Below, piece after piece: positions 1 to 9,412 of a DNA stretch of 64,000 nucleotides. The notes under the pieces are model-generated. The model was given only the letters and a program-made list of their open reading frames with translations, did not search any database and was not told the origin of the DNA. This DNA is from an archaeon (GTDB lineage: Archaea > Nanobdellota > Nanobdellia > Pacearchaeales > GW2011-AR1), in assembly GCA_027343665.1 (NCBI GenBank), contig DAHWKL010000001.1:46770-110769 (forward strand), given 5' to 3'. The stretch's first letter is position 1, and each line of letters starts with the position of its first letter. Both the position numbers and the translations under genes were made by a program.

Positions 1-1188
1 GTATATATCGACGCATCTGCGTGCCGAATCATTCCAGTTAAGACTTTTGACTTCTTTTGATCCATTATCCCTTAAACATCTTTGGAGTTCACCATATTTT
101 AAAACTGAAACAATTTTGTTTGCAATCTCATCAACATCCCAGAAATCTGCTTTGAGACAATGATTTATCACTTCTGAAACGCCTGATTGGTTTGATATAA
201 GAACAGGTGTATTGCAATTTAATGCTTCGAGAGGGCTTATCCCAAACGGTTCTGAAACAGAAGGCATAACATAAAGATCCGCCATGTGATATGCTTCCCG
301 AATATCTTTTCCTCTTAAAAACCCCGTGAATATAAATTTGTCAGCCATACCCATCTCCGCGACTTTTCTTATTATTGCTCTTTCCATATCCCCTGACCCC
401 GAGACTACAAAAACAACATCCGGATAATATTCAAGTACTTTCTTCGCAGCGTAGACAAAATAATCCGGACCTTTTTGGAGCGTCAATCTGCCTAAAAATA
501 ACACAATCTTCTTTGTTTTTTTCAGTGTATGCATTTCATGAAGGGTGTAATTTTCGAAGTCAACAGCATTGTGGACAACTTTGATCTTGTTAGAAGGTAT
601 CCCGTAATTTTCAATTATCTTCTGTTTTGTGAAATTACTCACAGCAACAACTGCATCTGCCTCTTCCATCCCTTTTTTTTCTATATCATAGACATACTGA
701 TTCACATTATTTCCGCCTGAACGATCAAATTCAGTAGCATGAACGTGAACAACGAGGTATTTCCCTGAAACTTTTTTCGCATTTATAGCAGCCTGATAGG
801 TTAGCCAGTCGTGCGCATGTATTATATCAAAATCCTCATTCCTTGCTATATCTCCCCCGATAGAAGCATATCTTTCAACTTCTTCGAAGAGGTTTCTTCC
901 ATATATCACTGGCTTTTTTTCACCATCAGCAAGGATTCTCTGTTCATAAGATTCGGATGTAGAGTATCCCTGAAGAAGAGAGTTTATCACATAACTTTTT
1001 TTGATGGAACCAAAATCATCACCATAGACAATTTTCAGAAAATCAACATCAAGGTCCACTTTTCGCGGCAAAACGAAAGTAACTTCTATATCATTGTTCT
1101 TTAGCCCACGGGTCAACCCTAGGCAGGCGGTTCCAAGTCCCCCGCTATTAAATGGTGGGAACTCCCAACCGAACATTAAGACTCTCAT
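1..1188 (-). CDS. Glycogen synthase-like GT-B glycosyltransferase (GT4/GT5 type); C-terminus runs off the window
   Basis: Absent from the ORF track because it is open to the window edge. My translation from the ATG at 1188-1186 reads MRVLMFGWEFPPFNSGGLGTAC...IIHAHDW...GRLTLQKG...EPFGISPLEA (E-x7-E motif of retaining GT-B enzymes). Confidence 0.8.
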   Translation of the reverse strand, partial: MRVLMFGWEFPPFNSGGLGTACLGLTRGLKNNDIEVTFVLPRKVDLDVDFLKIVYGDDFGSIKKSYVINSLLQGYSTSESYEQRILADGEKKPVIYGRNLFEEVERYASIGGDIARNEDFDIIHAHDWLTYQAAINAKKVSGKYLVVHVHATEFDRSGGNNVNQYVYDIEKKGMEEADAVVAVSNFTKQKIIENYGIPSNKIKVVHNAVDFENYTLHEMHTLKKTKKIVLFLGRLTLQKGPDYFVYAAKKVLEYYPDVVFVVSGSGDMERAIIRKVAEMGMADKFIFTGFLRGKDIREAYHMADLYVMPSVSEPFGISPLEALNCNTPVLISNQSGVSEVINHCLKADFWDVDEIANKIVSVLKYGELQRCLRDNGSKEVKSLNWNDSARRCVDIY

Positions 1189-1290
1189 TTCCTCTTTCCA
1201 CGACTGTGAGAAACATTCAGTATTTATAAATGTTATTTATAAAAGTCCAATTTTTTCATATGAAAAACGGCAGAATTTTTTAGTGATAGA

Positions 1291-2106
1291 TTATCCAACA
1301 AGCAAGCTGGCTCCGAGTATTCCCGGATGTTCTATTTTACTCCATAATATATCCGGCATATCCGGGACAATTGCATACTTTTTTGCCTCTTTTTGTATAC
1401 CTCTAATGAAATCTTTTCCTGCTTCCCTCGCGCCGCCCATCAAAACTATCGCTTCAGGATTAAAAATATTAATTAAAGATCCGATTGCCTGTCCGCAATA
1501 TTGATATATCCCTTCAAGTATCTTCTCCGCCTCTTTTTCTTTTGATTTCATAAGATCCTTTATCATGGGGCTTCCACCTGTAATAGCCTTTATTTTTTCT
1601 TTACTTTCCTGCCAGTGTTTTTCAAAGTCCTTCCCTTCACTGAGGATAATGTGTCCCATCTCCCCAGCATTTCCATTTCCTGTGTAAAGTTTTGAATCAA
1701 TTATTATCCCCCCCCCAACACCTGTTCCAAATGTTAAAACAAGGAAATTCTTTTTTTTGACACCGAATTTAATTTCGGAAAGCGCAACACATTTTGCATC
1801 ATTTTCAATCGCAATTTTTTTCCCGAATTTTTTTTCAAGAAATTTTTTAAGGTTGAAGTTTTTCAGGGGAAGGTTGGGTGTATTTTTTATGGCCCCATCT
1901 TTCAATGGTCCCGGGCATGCGATGCCTATCCCTGAAATTTCTTCAGATAAGCTTTCTGATATGATATTTGTAAGGCCCTCGAGAAGTTCATCTTTTGTTT
2001 TTGGGGTCTCCTTTGATAGATACTTAATGACTTTGTCATTCTCAACAATTCCAACGCGCATGTTTGTTCCACCAAGATCAACACCTATTTTCTTTGCCAT
2101 ATTCAC
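1291..2106 (-). CDS. ROK/ASKHA-family sugar kinase (glucokinase-like)
   Basis: 271 aa. It has the IGVDLGGTNMRVG phosphate-1 motif, FGTGVGGGII and GEMGH. The ROK CxCGxxGC zinc motif is absent, so the substrate is uncertain. Confidence 0.75.
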   Translation of the reverse strand: MNMAKKIGVDLGGTNMRVGIVENDKVIKYLSKETPKTKDELLEGLTNIISESLSEEISGIGIACPGPLKDGAIKNTPNLPLKNFNLKKFLEKKFGKKIAIENDAKCVALSEIKFGVKKKNFLVLTFGTGVGGGIIIDSKLYTGNGNAGEMGHIILSEGKDFEKHWQESKEKIKAITGGSPMIKDLMKSKEKEAEKILEGIYQYCGQAIGSLINIFNPEAIVLMGGAREAGKDFIRGIQKEAKKYAIVPDMPDILWSKIEHPGILGASLLVG

Positions 2107-2157
2107 TCTTTCAACATTAGAAATGGGGCAATTTTAAATAGTTTTGCTTGAGTCGTT

Positions 2158-2787
2158 TTATTTTCCCAATAATTTTTCAATCTCCCTCTTTGGGTTTTTC
2201 GCTTTTGTTATCCCGGAAGCGACAGCGACACCGGAAGCCCCCAGTTTCATTGAAGCGGTCACGTCTTCATAATTCTTGACTCCTGCGCCGACAAGGAATT
2301 TCATGTGGAGAGAGTTTGAAATCTTTTTTATCAAGTCTGGTTTTGCTGTGGAGACCGAGATGTTCCCTCCGACCAATTCAGGGGGTTCATAAGCGAGGTA
2401 ATCAGGTTTTAACTTTTCAATCTTCTTTGCCTCCGCAAGACTTGAAGCGAAAACTGCGGTCTTGAGCCCAACATCCTTGCATCTTTTCATTGTCTCTTTA
2501 AGAGTCCTGAAATCGAGCTTGTGTTCAGAATGATTGAGGAAAGTCCCGACGGCACCGTCGGCTTTCACTTCTTCAGGGATGATAAAACCCGTATTTCTAC
2601 CAGGAAAGAACGGATCAACATGCTCCGCATAGACTTTCAGCTTCGTTTTTGAAGAGATCTCTTTTATGTCTGGAGCCGGAACACCGACGATTATATTTCT
2701 GTCAACTTTCTCGGCAATCTTTGCTATCTTGAGGTTTTCTTTGCCTTTTTTATAGGTCTTGAAATTTATTATAAGAACTGGTTTCAT
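2158..2787 (-). CDS. tpiA: Triosephosphate isomerase, short archaeal type
   Basis: 209 aa. Motifs: INFKTY N-terminus, NHSEH catalytic His region, YEPPELVG catalytic Glu, GAGV/ASG phosphate loop. Confidence 0.9.
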   Translation of the reverse strand: MKPVLIINFKTYKKGKENLKIAKIAEKVDRNIIVGVPAPDIKEISSKTKLKVYAEHVDPFFPGRNTGFIIPEEVKADGAVGTFLNHSEHKLDFRTLKETMKRCKDVGLKTAVFASSLAEAKKIEKLKPDYLAYEPPELVGGNISVSTAKPDLIKKISNSLHMKFLVGAGVKNYEDVTASMKLGASGVAVASGITKAKNPKREIEKLLGK

Positions 2788-3785
2788 CCCACAATCGCCT
2801 CGCAGACTTTATTCTCGGTTATGCATTCTATGTTCCTTATAGTTATGTCTAAAATCCTTCGCAAGGCTTCCTCGCTGTAGAAAGCCATGTGGGGGGTTAT
2901 TATCACATTCTCGAAAGTCAGGAGAAGATGGTCCTCGAGGAGATTCTCGAGTTTTTCCCTTGGAAACTTAGAAGATAAAAGCTGGGCTTCTTCTTTTATG
3001 AGGCCTTCTTCCTCAAGAACATCGAGCCCAGCTCCGCCTAATTTTCCCGATGACAGGGCTTTCACGAGAGCAGTCGTATCCACAAGACCTCCACGCGCAG
3101 TGTTTATGAGTAATGCTCCTTTTTTCATGAGAGTTATATTTTTCGAATTTATCAGATGATGTGATTTTTTATCATAAGGGCAATGAAGAGAGACTATATC
3201 GGAATTTTTCAAAAGTTCATTAAGGCTTGAATATCTGAAATTCAGATCTTTCTCAAGAATTTTGTTTGGATAAGGGTCATATGCCAGCACTTTCATCTCA
3301 AATCCATTCGCTATCCTTGCGACATGCCTTCCGATACTGCCCATCCCTATTATTCCGATAGTTTTGTCTTTTATATCAAAACCTTCAAGATCATCGAAGG
3401 AAAAGTTTCCTCTCGTTGTCCGGTCATAAGCGCGGTTTATCCTTCTTGACAGTGAGAGAATCAAAGCGAAAGTATGCTCAGCAACTGTGTTTTGTCCGTA
3501 ATTTGGGACATTGTAAACTTTTACTTTTCTCTTCTTGCATTCTTTCAAATCGATATGATCATATCCTGTTGATCTTGTGACAACTGCCTTGAGATTCTTC
3601 ATTTTTTCCAAAACAATTTTATCGACTTTTGAATAGATGAATACACTTATTATCTCTGAATCTTTTACTGCAGCAAGGTCATTTTCGCTTATCGTTTCTT
3701 TTAAAAAAACTAATTTGTGACCTTTCAGGCGCTTTGTTATATATTCTTTTTCCCAATCTTTTATTTCAAAAAAAGTTATTTTCAT
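2784..3785 (-). CDS. D-isomer-specific 2-hydroxyacid dehydrogenase (lactate/glycerate/phosphoglycerate DH-like)
   Basis: 333 aa. It has the GIIGMGSIGRHVA NAD fold, NTARGGLVD and ITPHMAF catalytic regions. It overlaps tpiA by 4 nt. Confidence 0.85.
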   Translation of the reverse strand: MKITFFEIKDWEKEYITKRLKGHKLVFLKETISENDLAAVKDSEIISVFIYSKVDKIVLEKMKNLKAVVTRSTGYDHIDLKECKKRKVKVYNVPNYGQNTVAEHTFALILSLSRRINRAYDRTTRGNFSFDDLEGFDIKDKTIGIIGMGSIGRHVARIANGFEMKVLAYDPYPNKILEKDLNFRYSSLNELLKNSDIVSLHCPYDKKSHHLINSKNITLMKKGALLINTARGGLVDTTALVKALSSGKLGGAGLDVLEEEGLIKEEAQLLSSKFPREKLENLLEDHLLLTFENVIITPHMAFYSEEALRRILDITIRNIECITENKVCEAIVG

Positions 3786-3863
3786 TCTCTTTTTATCCCA
3801 GTTTAATTAAAGAACCAATATTTATAAAATTAATTCAATATAATCGATGGGAGATATCACTTT

Positions 3864-3934
3864 GGGCTTGTAGTATAACGGCATCACGTCCGGTTCGCAA
3901 TCGGGCAATCCGGGTCCGACTCCCGGCAAGTCCA
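3864..3934 (+). tRNA. tRNA-Ala (anticodon CGC), no encoded CCA
   Basis: Manual fold. Acceptor GGGCTTG/CAAGTCC carries the G3:U70 alanine identity pair and A73. Anticodon arm is TCCGG-TTCGCAA-TCGGG (U33, CGC, A37). T arm is CCGGG-TCCGACT-CCCGG. The D stem GTAT/AT(C)AC needs one bulged C. A T-tract follows the gene. Confidence 0.85.
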
Positions 3935-3936
3935 TT

Positions 3937-4656
3937 TTATTTCATCTCAGAACGATATGCATTGATTAATGCTTGTAAAACGGGATTCATCATTTCGTGA
4001 TGGTCCAGAGTATAGATTTTATTAATATTCTCTATGAAAGCTCTGGCATATTTTTTGGCAGAATCCCTCCATTCACCACTGGATAAAAGAAGCTGGATTT
4101 TTTGTTCTGATTCTGGTCTTAGAACAACATCTGCTAGTGACTTTTCGCTCGAACGTTCAATTATGCTTTTATAGTTACGCATTCCTCCTACAAATAACCC
4201 TCCTGAAGTTATCCAAGGGACATAATGAACCTCATTTACGCTGAAAATTTTAGGAGAGTAATCCATGTTGTTCTCATGCACATAAGCTTTGTCTAAAAAA
4301 TGAGATGGAATCCAAAATTTTTCGCTAAGTTTTTCCCAATCAAGCGAAATTCCAAATTGATATCCCTCTCTCAAGGAATATTCTTCCTTCAAACTCTCTC
4401 CTATCTCCTCGGCTAAACTTAAGATTTCCCATTCTGCTCTGGCAATGATTGCTTGATCTACATATTTGTAATAATCAAATTGTGTTTTTTCTGCTCCCAA
4501 ATAATAGGGAAAAAGTTTACGATAAAGATCCATGTGCCCTTCATCTTGGGTATCCCCCTCATCTACAAATCCTTTCATAAAGTTCAGGAGTCCTTTTGGT
4601 CTCTTCCCGCTCGCTTTTTCTATTTCTTTCTTGTAATCAATAATCCTTTTTCCCAT
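3937..4656 (-). CDS. Hypothetical protein embedded in the glycolysis cluster
   Basis: 239-aa ORF with no motif I recognise. It is co-directional with its neighbours and has coding-like composition. Confidence 0.55.
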   Translation of the reverse strand: MGKRIIDYKKEIEKASGKRPKGLLNFMKGFVDEGDTQDEGHMDLYRKLFPYYLGAEKTQFDYYKYVDQAIIARAEWEILSLAEEIGESLKEEYSLREGYQFGISLDWEKLSEKFWIPSHFLDKAYVHENNMDYSPKIFSVNEVHYVPWITSGGLFVGGMRNYKSIIERSSEKSLADVVLRPESEQKIQLLLSSGEWRDSAKKYARAFIENINKIYTLDHHEMMNPVLQALINAYRSEMK

Positions 4657-4716
4657 AAATTATCAATATAGATAGAACTTATAAATCTTCTCAGCTAGAG
4701 TAACTTTAAAGTGACT

Positions 4717-5178
4717 CTATTTGAAAAATCTCTTCGTGAACTTGAAATTGTAATCGTGACCGGCATCCTTTGAATAAATTGATAAGAACTCACACTTTGT
4801 ATTTCCTGTATTTATTGCTCTGTGCCCTGCTCTTCCCGGAACAAGGTAGATTCCATTTTTCTTCATGTCAACAGCTTTTGCATTTTTTCCTTCCTGAATG
4901 AGGAGTTTTCCTTTACCGCTTGTGAGAATATAAATTTCTTCTCTTGGCTTCATATGCCTGTGACCTTTTGTCATGAAATATTCGCCATTTATAGTTCCAG
5001 ATTCAATGACGGTGAGTCCTACTTCGAAAGTCACAAAATCTTTCACATAAACTGTGTAAAGAAGAGGGTTTCCATTCACTTTTGAATTCTTGAATCGGTC
5101 AGGCACGTCAGAAAGTTTTCTCACAGTCTTGCTGTCATAATGCTTTTTCAGGTCTGATGGGTTGAATTGTGGGTTCAT
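4717..5178 (-). CDS. pgiA: Cupin-type glucose-6-phosphate isomerase (cPGI)
   Basis: It has TKGHRHMKPREEIY and GHRAINTGN cupin metal motifs, as in euryarchaeal cPGI. I chose the start at M9 (5178) because it forms an ATGA overlap with the upstream stop; the track start is 5202. Confidence 0.8.
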   Translation of the reverse strand: MNPQFNPSDLKKHYDSKTVRKLSDVPDRFKNSKVNGNPLLYTVYVKDFVTFEVGLTVIESGTINGEYFMTKGHRHMKPREEIYILTSGKGKLLIQEGKNAKAVDMKKNGIYLVPGRAGHRAINTGNTKCEFLSIYSKDAGHDYNFKFTKRFFK

Positions 5179-5864
5179 TTTATGCCGTTTTTCTTGATCC
5201 ATTTAATACATTTAGTTGTCAATCTTTTAAAATTCTTGTCTTTGAGCCATTGCTTATGGATGTAAATTCTCAATTCCTGATGATTTGGATATCCTACGTC
5301 TTTTACTACCCACAAATCCCTGAATTCAAGGTTGAGCAATTCCGTCAGAGCTTCTTTAAGATTGTTCGTCTTCTCATAACCAATCTCTTTTTCCGTTGAA
5401 GGCCACCAGGGGGAATTATGCAGATGTATATGCATAAGTTCATGGCCGCATGTCTGCATAGCTCCGAATGAATTTCCAAATATATTAACATAAAACGAAG
5501 CAGTTTTAGGGTCAGCGTTGTAAGGGCATTTCTGAACAGAGGTCATGAATACAGGAATCAACTTCTTTAAGCTGAATTTATGTTTGGTTATCCTTTCAAG
5601 CCTCTTGAAATATTCCTTCTCAATTTTCGACCACGAAGAATTCCTAAGCTTAACTATATCTTCTATTAGGGGGCTTTTGTGCACCCAGACAACTTGTTTT
5701 TTGAGATCACTCTTGCATTTTCCGAATTCCTTTCCCTGACAAACTTCAAGTATGCTTTTTGAAACTGTTTTCGTGAAATCGTAACCATAGGAATCGCTTT
5801 TCTGGCAGGTTCTCCATATGTTTTTCAAATCCCTTTCCTTATCGAAGAAAAACTCTATTTTCAT
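5175..5864 (-). CDS. Hypothetical HExxH protein (putative Zn metallopeptidase-like)
   Basis: 229 aa with CGHELMHIHLH. It is translationally coupled to pgi and fba. Confidence 0.5.
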   Translation of the reverse strand: MKIEFFFDKERDLKNIWRTCQKSDSYGYDFTKTVSKSILEVCQGKEFGKCKSDLKKQVVWVHKSPLIEDIVKLRNSSWSKIEKEYFKRLERITKHKFSLKKLIPVFMTSVQKCPYNADPKTASFYVNIFGNSFGAMQTCGHELMHIHLHNSPWWPSTEKEIGYEKTNNLKEALTELLNLEFRDLWVVKDVGYPNHQELRIYIHKQWLKDKNFKRLTTKCIKWIKKNGIK

Positions 5865-6622
5865 TTTCCGAAAATTATCTTTTTTATCTTCTTAGAGAGT
5901 GCAAATGGGTCTTGGGACTGCCAGACGTTTCTTCCGACTGCAATTCCAGCCCCTCCTGCCACAACTATATCTTTTACTTCCTGTAAGAATTTGTCTTCTT
6001 CTGCTTTCGTCCCGCCCGCAATCACTACTTTTGTTTTTCCTGCTGCCTTAACAGCCCATTTTAGATCATCTTTGTTTCCATTGTATCTTATCTTTGCAAT
6101 ATCAGCGCCGACTTCAAGTCCAACCCTTGCAGAATACGCCATTAGTTCAGCCTCGCTTTTTCCCTCAGTTCCCTTCCCTCTTGGATAAATCCATGTGATA
6201 ACGGGGATTCCAATATTATGAGCTTCCTCTTCTATTGCAGAGAATTCTTTCATCATATCTTCTTCAAATTCACTTCCGATGTAGATTGTATATCCCACTG
6301 CGACTGCACCAAGAGATAATGCTTCTTTTACACTGCAAATCTGGTGAGAAATCTGTTCACCCCCCCTAAGGCTCGTTTTTCCATTAAGTTTTATTATCAA
6401 CGGAACTTTAGATTTTTTAATTTCTTCGCTGTATTTTTCAGCGATACCTTTTTGGAAGATGATCGCATTGTACCCACCCTTTTTAGCAATCTCTATTATA
6501 TAATTTGGATCGGCATTCTTGTCATTGAAATCTTTTGTCGGGCCATGCTCTAAGCCCTGATCATAAGCAAGAAACATTGCCTTTCCGTTGTCCATTATTT
6601 TGTCAAGATTCGGTTTTCTCAT
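5861..6622 (-). CDS. Class I fructose-bisphosphate aldolase, archaeal DhnA/FbaB type
   Basis: 253 aa. It shows LAYDQGLEHGP, IIKLNG and ADIAKIRY (Schiff-base lysine region), typical of DeoC/FbaB-family aldolases. Confidence 0.8.
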   Translation of the reverse strand: MRKPNLDKIMDNGKAMFLAYDQGLEHGPTKDFNDKNADPNYIIEIAKKGGYNAIIFQKGIAEKYSEEIKKSKVPLIIKLNGKTSLRGGEQISHQICSVKEALSLGAVAVGYTIYIGSEFEEDMMKEFSAIEEEAHNIGIPVITWIYPRGKGTEGKSEAELMAYSARVGLEVGADIAKIRYNGNKDDLKWAVKAAGKTKVVIAGGTKAEEDKFLQEVKDIVVAGGAGIAVGRNVWQSQDPFALSKKIKKIIFGK

Positions 6623-6679
6623 TTTTCACCAGTTTTATTTAAAGTTAAAGATGATATCTTTTAATAATCTTCTGGATAT

Positions 6680-7795
6680 CTATTTTTCCCTCATGCTTTT
6701 CTTGTTGACATAATAAAGAGCGGCAATGAACATTGATTCTGACCAGCCCAGAGGTGTATTCTCATTGTATTTGTCAGAATTGGAGTAATAAAGTTCCGGA
6801 ATGCCCTCTTTTGTTAAATCCTTCAATTCTTTCTTTATGAAATTTTCGGCTTTATTTTTTTTCCCAAGCATTTCATAAATCAAAGCTAACCATGAGAATC
6901 CGAAAGTCCATTCGGCCTCTTCGGAGAAATTATCCTGGTTTTTGTTGTAATAATGGTCTCCCTTGTATCTTATTACTCCCCTTTTTCTTACAAGATGGTA
7001 TTCAACATTTTTCAGGATCTCATTTTTCTGTTCTTCATTTAATATGTTATAAGGCCATATTAATGAGAGCAGTGCAAGGTCCACAAATTTTTTCTCAGAC
7101 TCCCTTGGCAATATTTTTCTGAGTGCTTCTTCCCCGTTTTTTATAAGCTGGGAGCGGACTTTTATCCCACCAACATTTTTGATCATCTTAAGACCTGCAA
7201 GGCAGGCTCCGACGCTTGAAGCATGGACTTCCTGATTTTCCTCCCACATTCCGGAGTCAGGGTCATGCCAGTATTCAAGAGTTGATAAATAATCGACTAA
7301 TTTCTGGACTATTCTATAATCGTTTTCGTCCTCAAGTATTTTTACTTTCTTAATTGACTCCAGCTCTCCTATCTTAAATAAAATGCATCCTATGGAATCA
7401 TTTTGTTTGTTCCCCCATTCTTCCCAAAACTCATCAAATGTTTCCGGGTTATACCTTGCGTGAATATACTGATGAGGGTATTCAGGTTTTCTTGTTATAG
7501 CATAATCAATCTTATATTCATGTTTTTTGAATATTTCAAGAATAGCACGATAAGTTTTTTTAACAGTTGTCCAATCGTTTAAGACTTCAAATGCGATACA
7601 TTCGTAGAAATTATCTCTGAGCCATGCTTTGTCATAGCCGGTATCGACATTTTTCTTTGATGCCAGAAATAGCCCTGACTTTGTCTGAAGTCTTTTCAGG
7701 ATCTTAAGATGCTGTTTTATTATCTCATTATAATCAATCGGGATTTCTTCCTTTTCTCCAAAGATGCTTTTGAAAATTTTTTGAAGAGCAGTCAT
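6680..7795 (-). CDS. GH15-like glycoside hydrolase (glucoamylase/glucodextranase-type (alpha/alpha)6 domain only)
   Basis: 371 aa with AWLRDNFY and GMWEENQEVHASS, the GH15 catalytic-region signatures. Confidence 0.7.
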   Translation of the reverse strand: MTALQKIFKSIFGEKEEIPIDYNEIIKQHLKILKRLQTKSGLFLASKKNVDTGYDKAWLRDNFYECIAFEVLNDWTTVKKTYRAILEIFKKHEYKIDYAITRKPEYPHQYIHARYNPETFDEFWEEWGNKQNDSIGCILFKIGELESIKKVKILEDENDYRIVQKLVDYLSTLEYWHDPDSGMWEENQEVHASSVGACLAGLKMIKNVGGIKVRSQLIKNGEEALRKILPRESEKKFVDLALLSLIWPYNILNEEQKNEILKNVEYHLVRKRGVIRYKGDHYYNKNQDNFSEEAEWTFGFSWLALIYEMLGKKNKAENFIKKELKDLTKEGIPELYYSNSDKYNENTPLGWSESMFIAALYYVNKKSMREK

Positions 7796-8433
7796 TTTCT
7801 CAACCTCTCAAGATATTCATCAGTGATTTCATTTAGTGAAATAACCAGATTTTTTGTTGGGTATGATTTTCTTTTGTCTTTAACAAGTCCTATACAGAAC
7901 ATCCCTCCAGCTTTAGCAGCTTGCATCCCACTTCTCGCATCTTCTATGACAAGGCAATCTTTTGGATTCACCTCAATTTTTGACGCAGCAAGCAGGAATA
8001 TTTCCGGATCAGGTTTACCATTCTGAACCATATCTCCGCTTATTATAGCTCTGAAATATTCCTTGATTTTTAATTGATTAAGGATAGCTTTGACATATCC
8101 TATATTAGAAGCTGAAGCAACAGCGAGAGGAAGTTTTTTTTCATAAACTTTTCTGATGAAATTAATGGCCCCTGGAATTTCTTTAGCTTCCAGAGATAAT
8201 TTCGCCATCTCTTCCCATTTCTTTCTCATTATCAAATTAAGGTCATAGTCTTTTCCCTTAAGAAGTTCTTTGAAGATTTCTGTGCTCTTTACACCAGCAT
8301 ATTTCTCAGTTAATTCTTCAGGGGGAAAATCAATCCCAAAAGTTTTTAGAAGATCGGATTCCACATTTGCATGAATCCATTGAGTGTCTGATATGACTCC
8401 ATCCATGTCAAAGATTACTCCTTTGATTTTCAT
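7792..8433 (-). CDS. HAD-superfamily hydrolase, beta-phosphoglucomutase-like
   Basis: 213 aa. Motifs: FDMDGVISDT (motif I), ASAS (II), GKPDPEIF, and EDARSGMQAAKAGG (IV). Confidence 0.8.
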   Translation of the reverse strand: MKIKGVIFDMDGVISDTQWIHANVESDLLKTFGIDFPPEELTEKYAGVKSTEIFKELLKGKDYDLNLIMRKKWEEMAKLSLEAKEIPGAINFIRKVYEKKLPLAVASASNIGYVKAILNQLKIKEYFRAIISGDMVQNGKPDPEIFLLAASKIEVNPKDCLVIEDARSGMQAAKAGGMFCIGLVKDKRKSYPTKNLVISLNEITDEYLERLRK

Positions 8434-9344
8434 TTTTTAAGATTTCTTCTTAGAAGCTTGTTTTTGGCACCACGCGATCTTATAACGGACTCACTTTCTT
8501 CAAGACCCAATTTAAGACTTTCATCAATTGATTTTCCTATTATCTGGCCTGCTACAAAGCCTGAAGCAAAAGCATCTCCTGCACCTGTCCTTTCAACGAC
8601 TTTTATCTTATGAGGAGTTATCGAATAGATTTTTTTACCGTCATAAGCAAGAGTTTCCTTATCTTTATTCGTAACAATCACAATTTTTGGACCAAGTTCT
8701 TTTAAGCCCCTGAGAATATCTCCTTCTTCTACAAGCAGGCGTGCTTCCTCATGGTTAAGAATAAAAACATCGCAAATCTTAAGCAATGGCCTGATATTTT
8801 GAGTTTTTATTTGGTATTCGGTTGTGTTGAATGCAATTTTTGTCCCATTTTTGTGCATTTTCATTGCGAGCTTTTCCTGTGTCCTGAAGCTTTCATCAAG
8901 CATAGTTGAAAGATAAATCCACTTTGACTGAATTTTTTTCGTGTCAAGTTCTGAGAATCTGAGAAAATCGTTCGCCCCAGAATATTTCAGGATTGTCCTG
9001 TCGTTACCTTTGCTGTCCAGGATTATCGAATACCCCCCATTAACCGAATTGTTTCTGTCTATGCTCCCAAGAAATCCAACTTTTTCTTTTTTCAAAAGAT
9101 CTAAAATCTCTTTCCCCCCAAAACCCGAGTCAAGTTTTCCTATATAGCCTGTTTTGAAGCCAAGCCTGGCAAAAGCTACAGCAGTATTTGTTCCGCCCCC
9201 ACCAATGCTGAATTTGATTTCCTTAAGAAGAATCTTGCTCCCGATTGGATATCCAACATATTTTCGTTCCTCTTTCAAGTCGTGTATATCTGTCTCCGCA
9301 AAAACGTCAACAGTTGCAGAACCGAAAGTTATTATATCGAACAT
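8430..9344 (-). CDS. PfkB/ribokinase-family sugar kinase (possible ATP-phosphofructokinase)
   Basis: 304 aa with GGGGTNTA and the TGAGDAFASGF anion-hole motif. Confidence 0.8.
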   Translation of the reverse strand: MFDIITFGSATVDVFAETDIHDLKEERKYVGYPIGSKILLKEIKFSIGGGGTNTAVAFARLGFKTGYIGKLDSGFGGKEILDLLKKEKVGFLGSIDRNNSVNGGYSIILDSKGNDRTILKYSGANDFLRFSELDTKKIQSKWIYLSTMLDESFRTQEKLAMKMHKNGTKIAFNTTEYQIKTQNIRPLLKICDVFILNHEEARLLVEEGDILRGLKELGPKIVIVTNKDKETLAYDGKKIYSITPHKIKVVERTGAGDAFASGFVAGQIIGKSIDESLKLGLEESESVIRSRGAKNKLLRRNLKK

Positions 9345-9412
9345 TATTGATCACACCCTTTAACAAGATAAAAGAAAGCAGGAATAAAAAGGTTTTGGAT
9401 GAGGAATCCTTA

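Noticed and set aside
1255-1264. TTCATATGAA palindrome as a window-wide operator motif (also present at 34799-34808, with CATATGAA-like partial copies elsewhere)
   Set aside because: The 10-mer is the reverse-complement-symmetric form of the very common start context ATGAAA. At 34799-34808 it simply contains the MKR... start codon of the surface-protein gene. By my rough estimate a perfect copy is expected about 0.2 times per window by composition alone. I therefore keep only the extended 28-nt block and the arsR-proximal pair as candidates.
1094-1504. Plus-strand ORFs 375-584, 529-720, 811-1104 and 1094-1504 over the glycosyltransferase and ROK genes
   Set aside because: These are shadow ORFs antisense to long, motif-bearing minus-strand genes. 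Their sequences are low-complexity, Phe/Ile/Leu-rich and carry no domain signatures.
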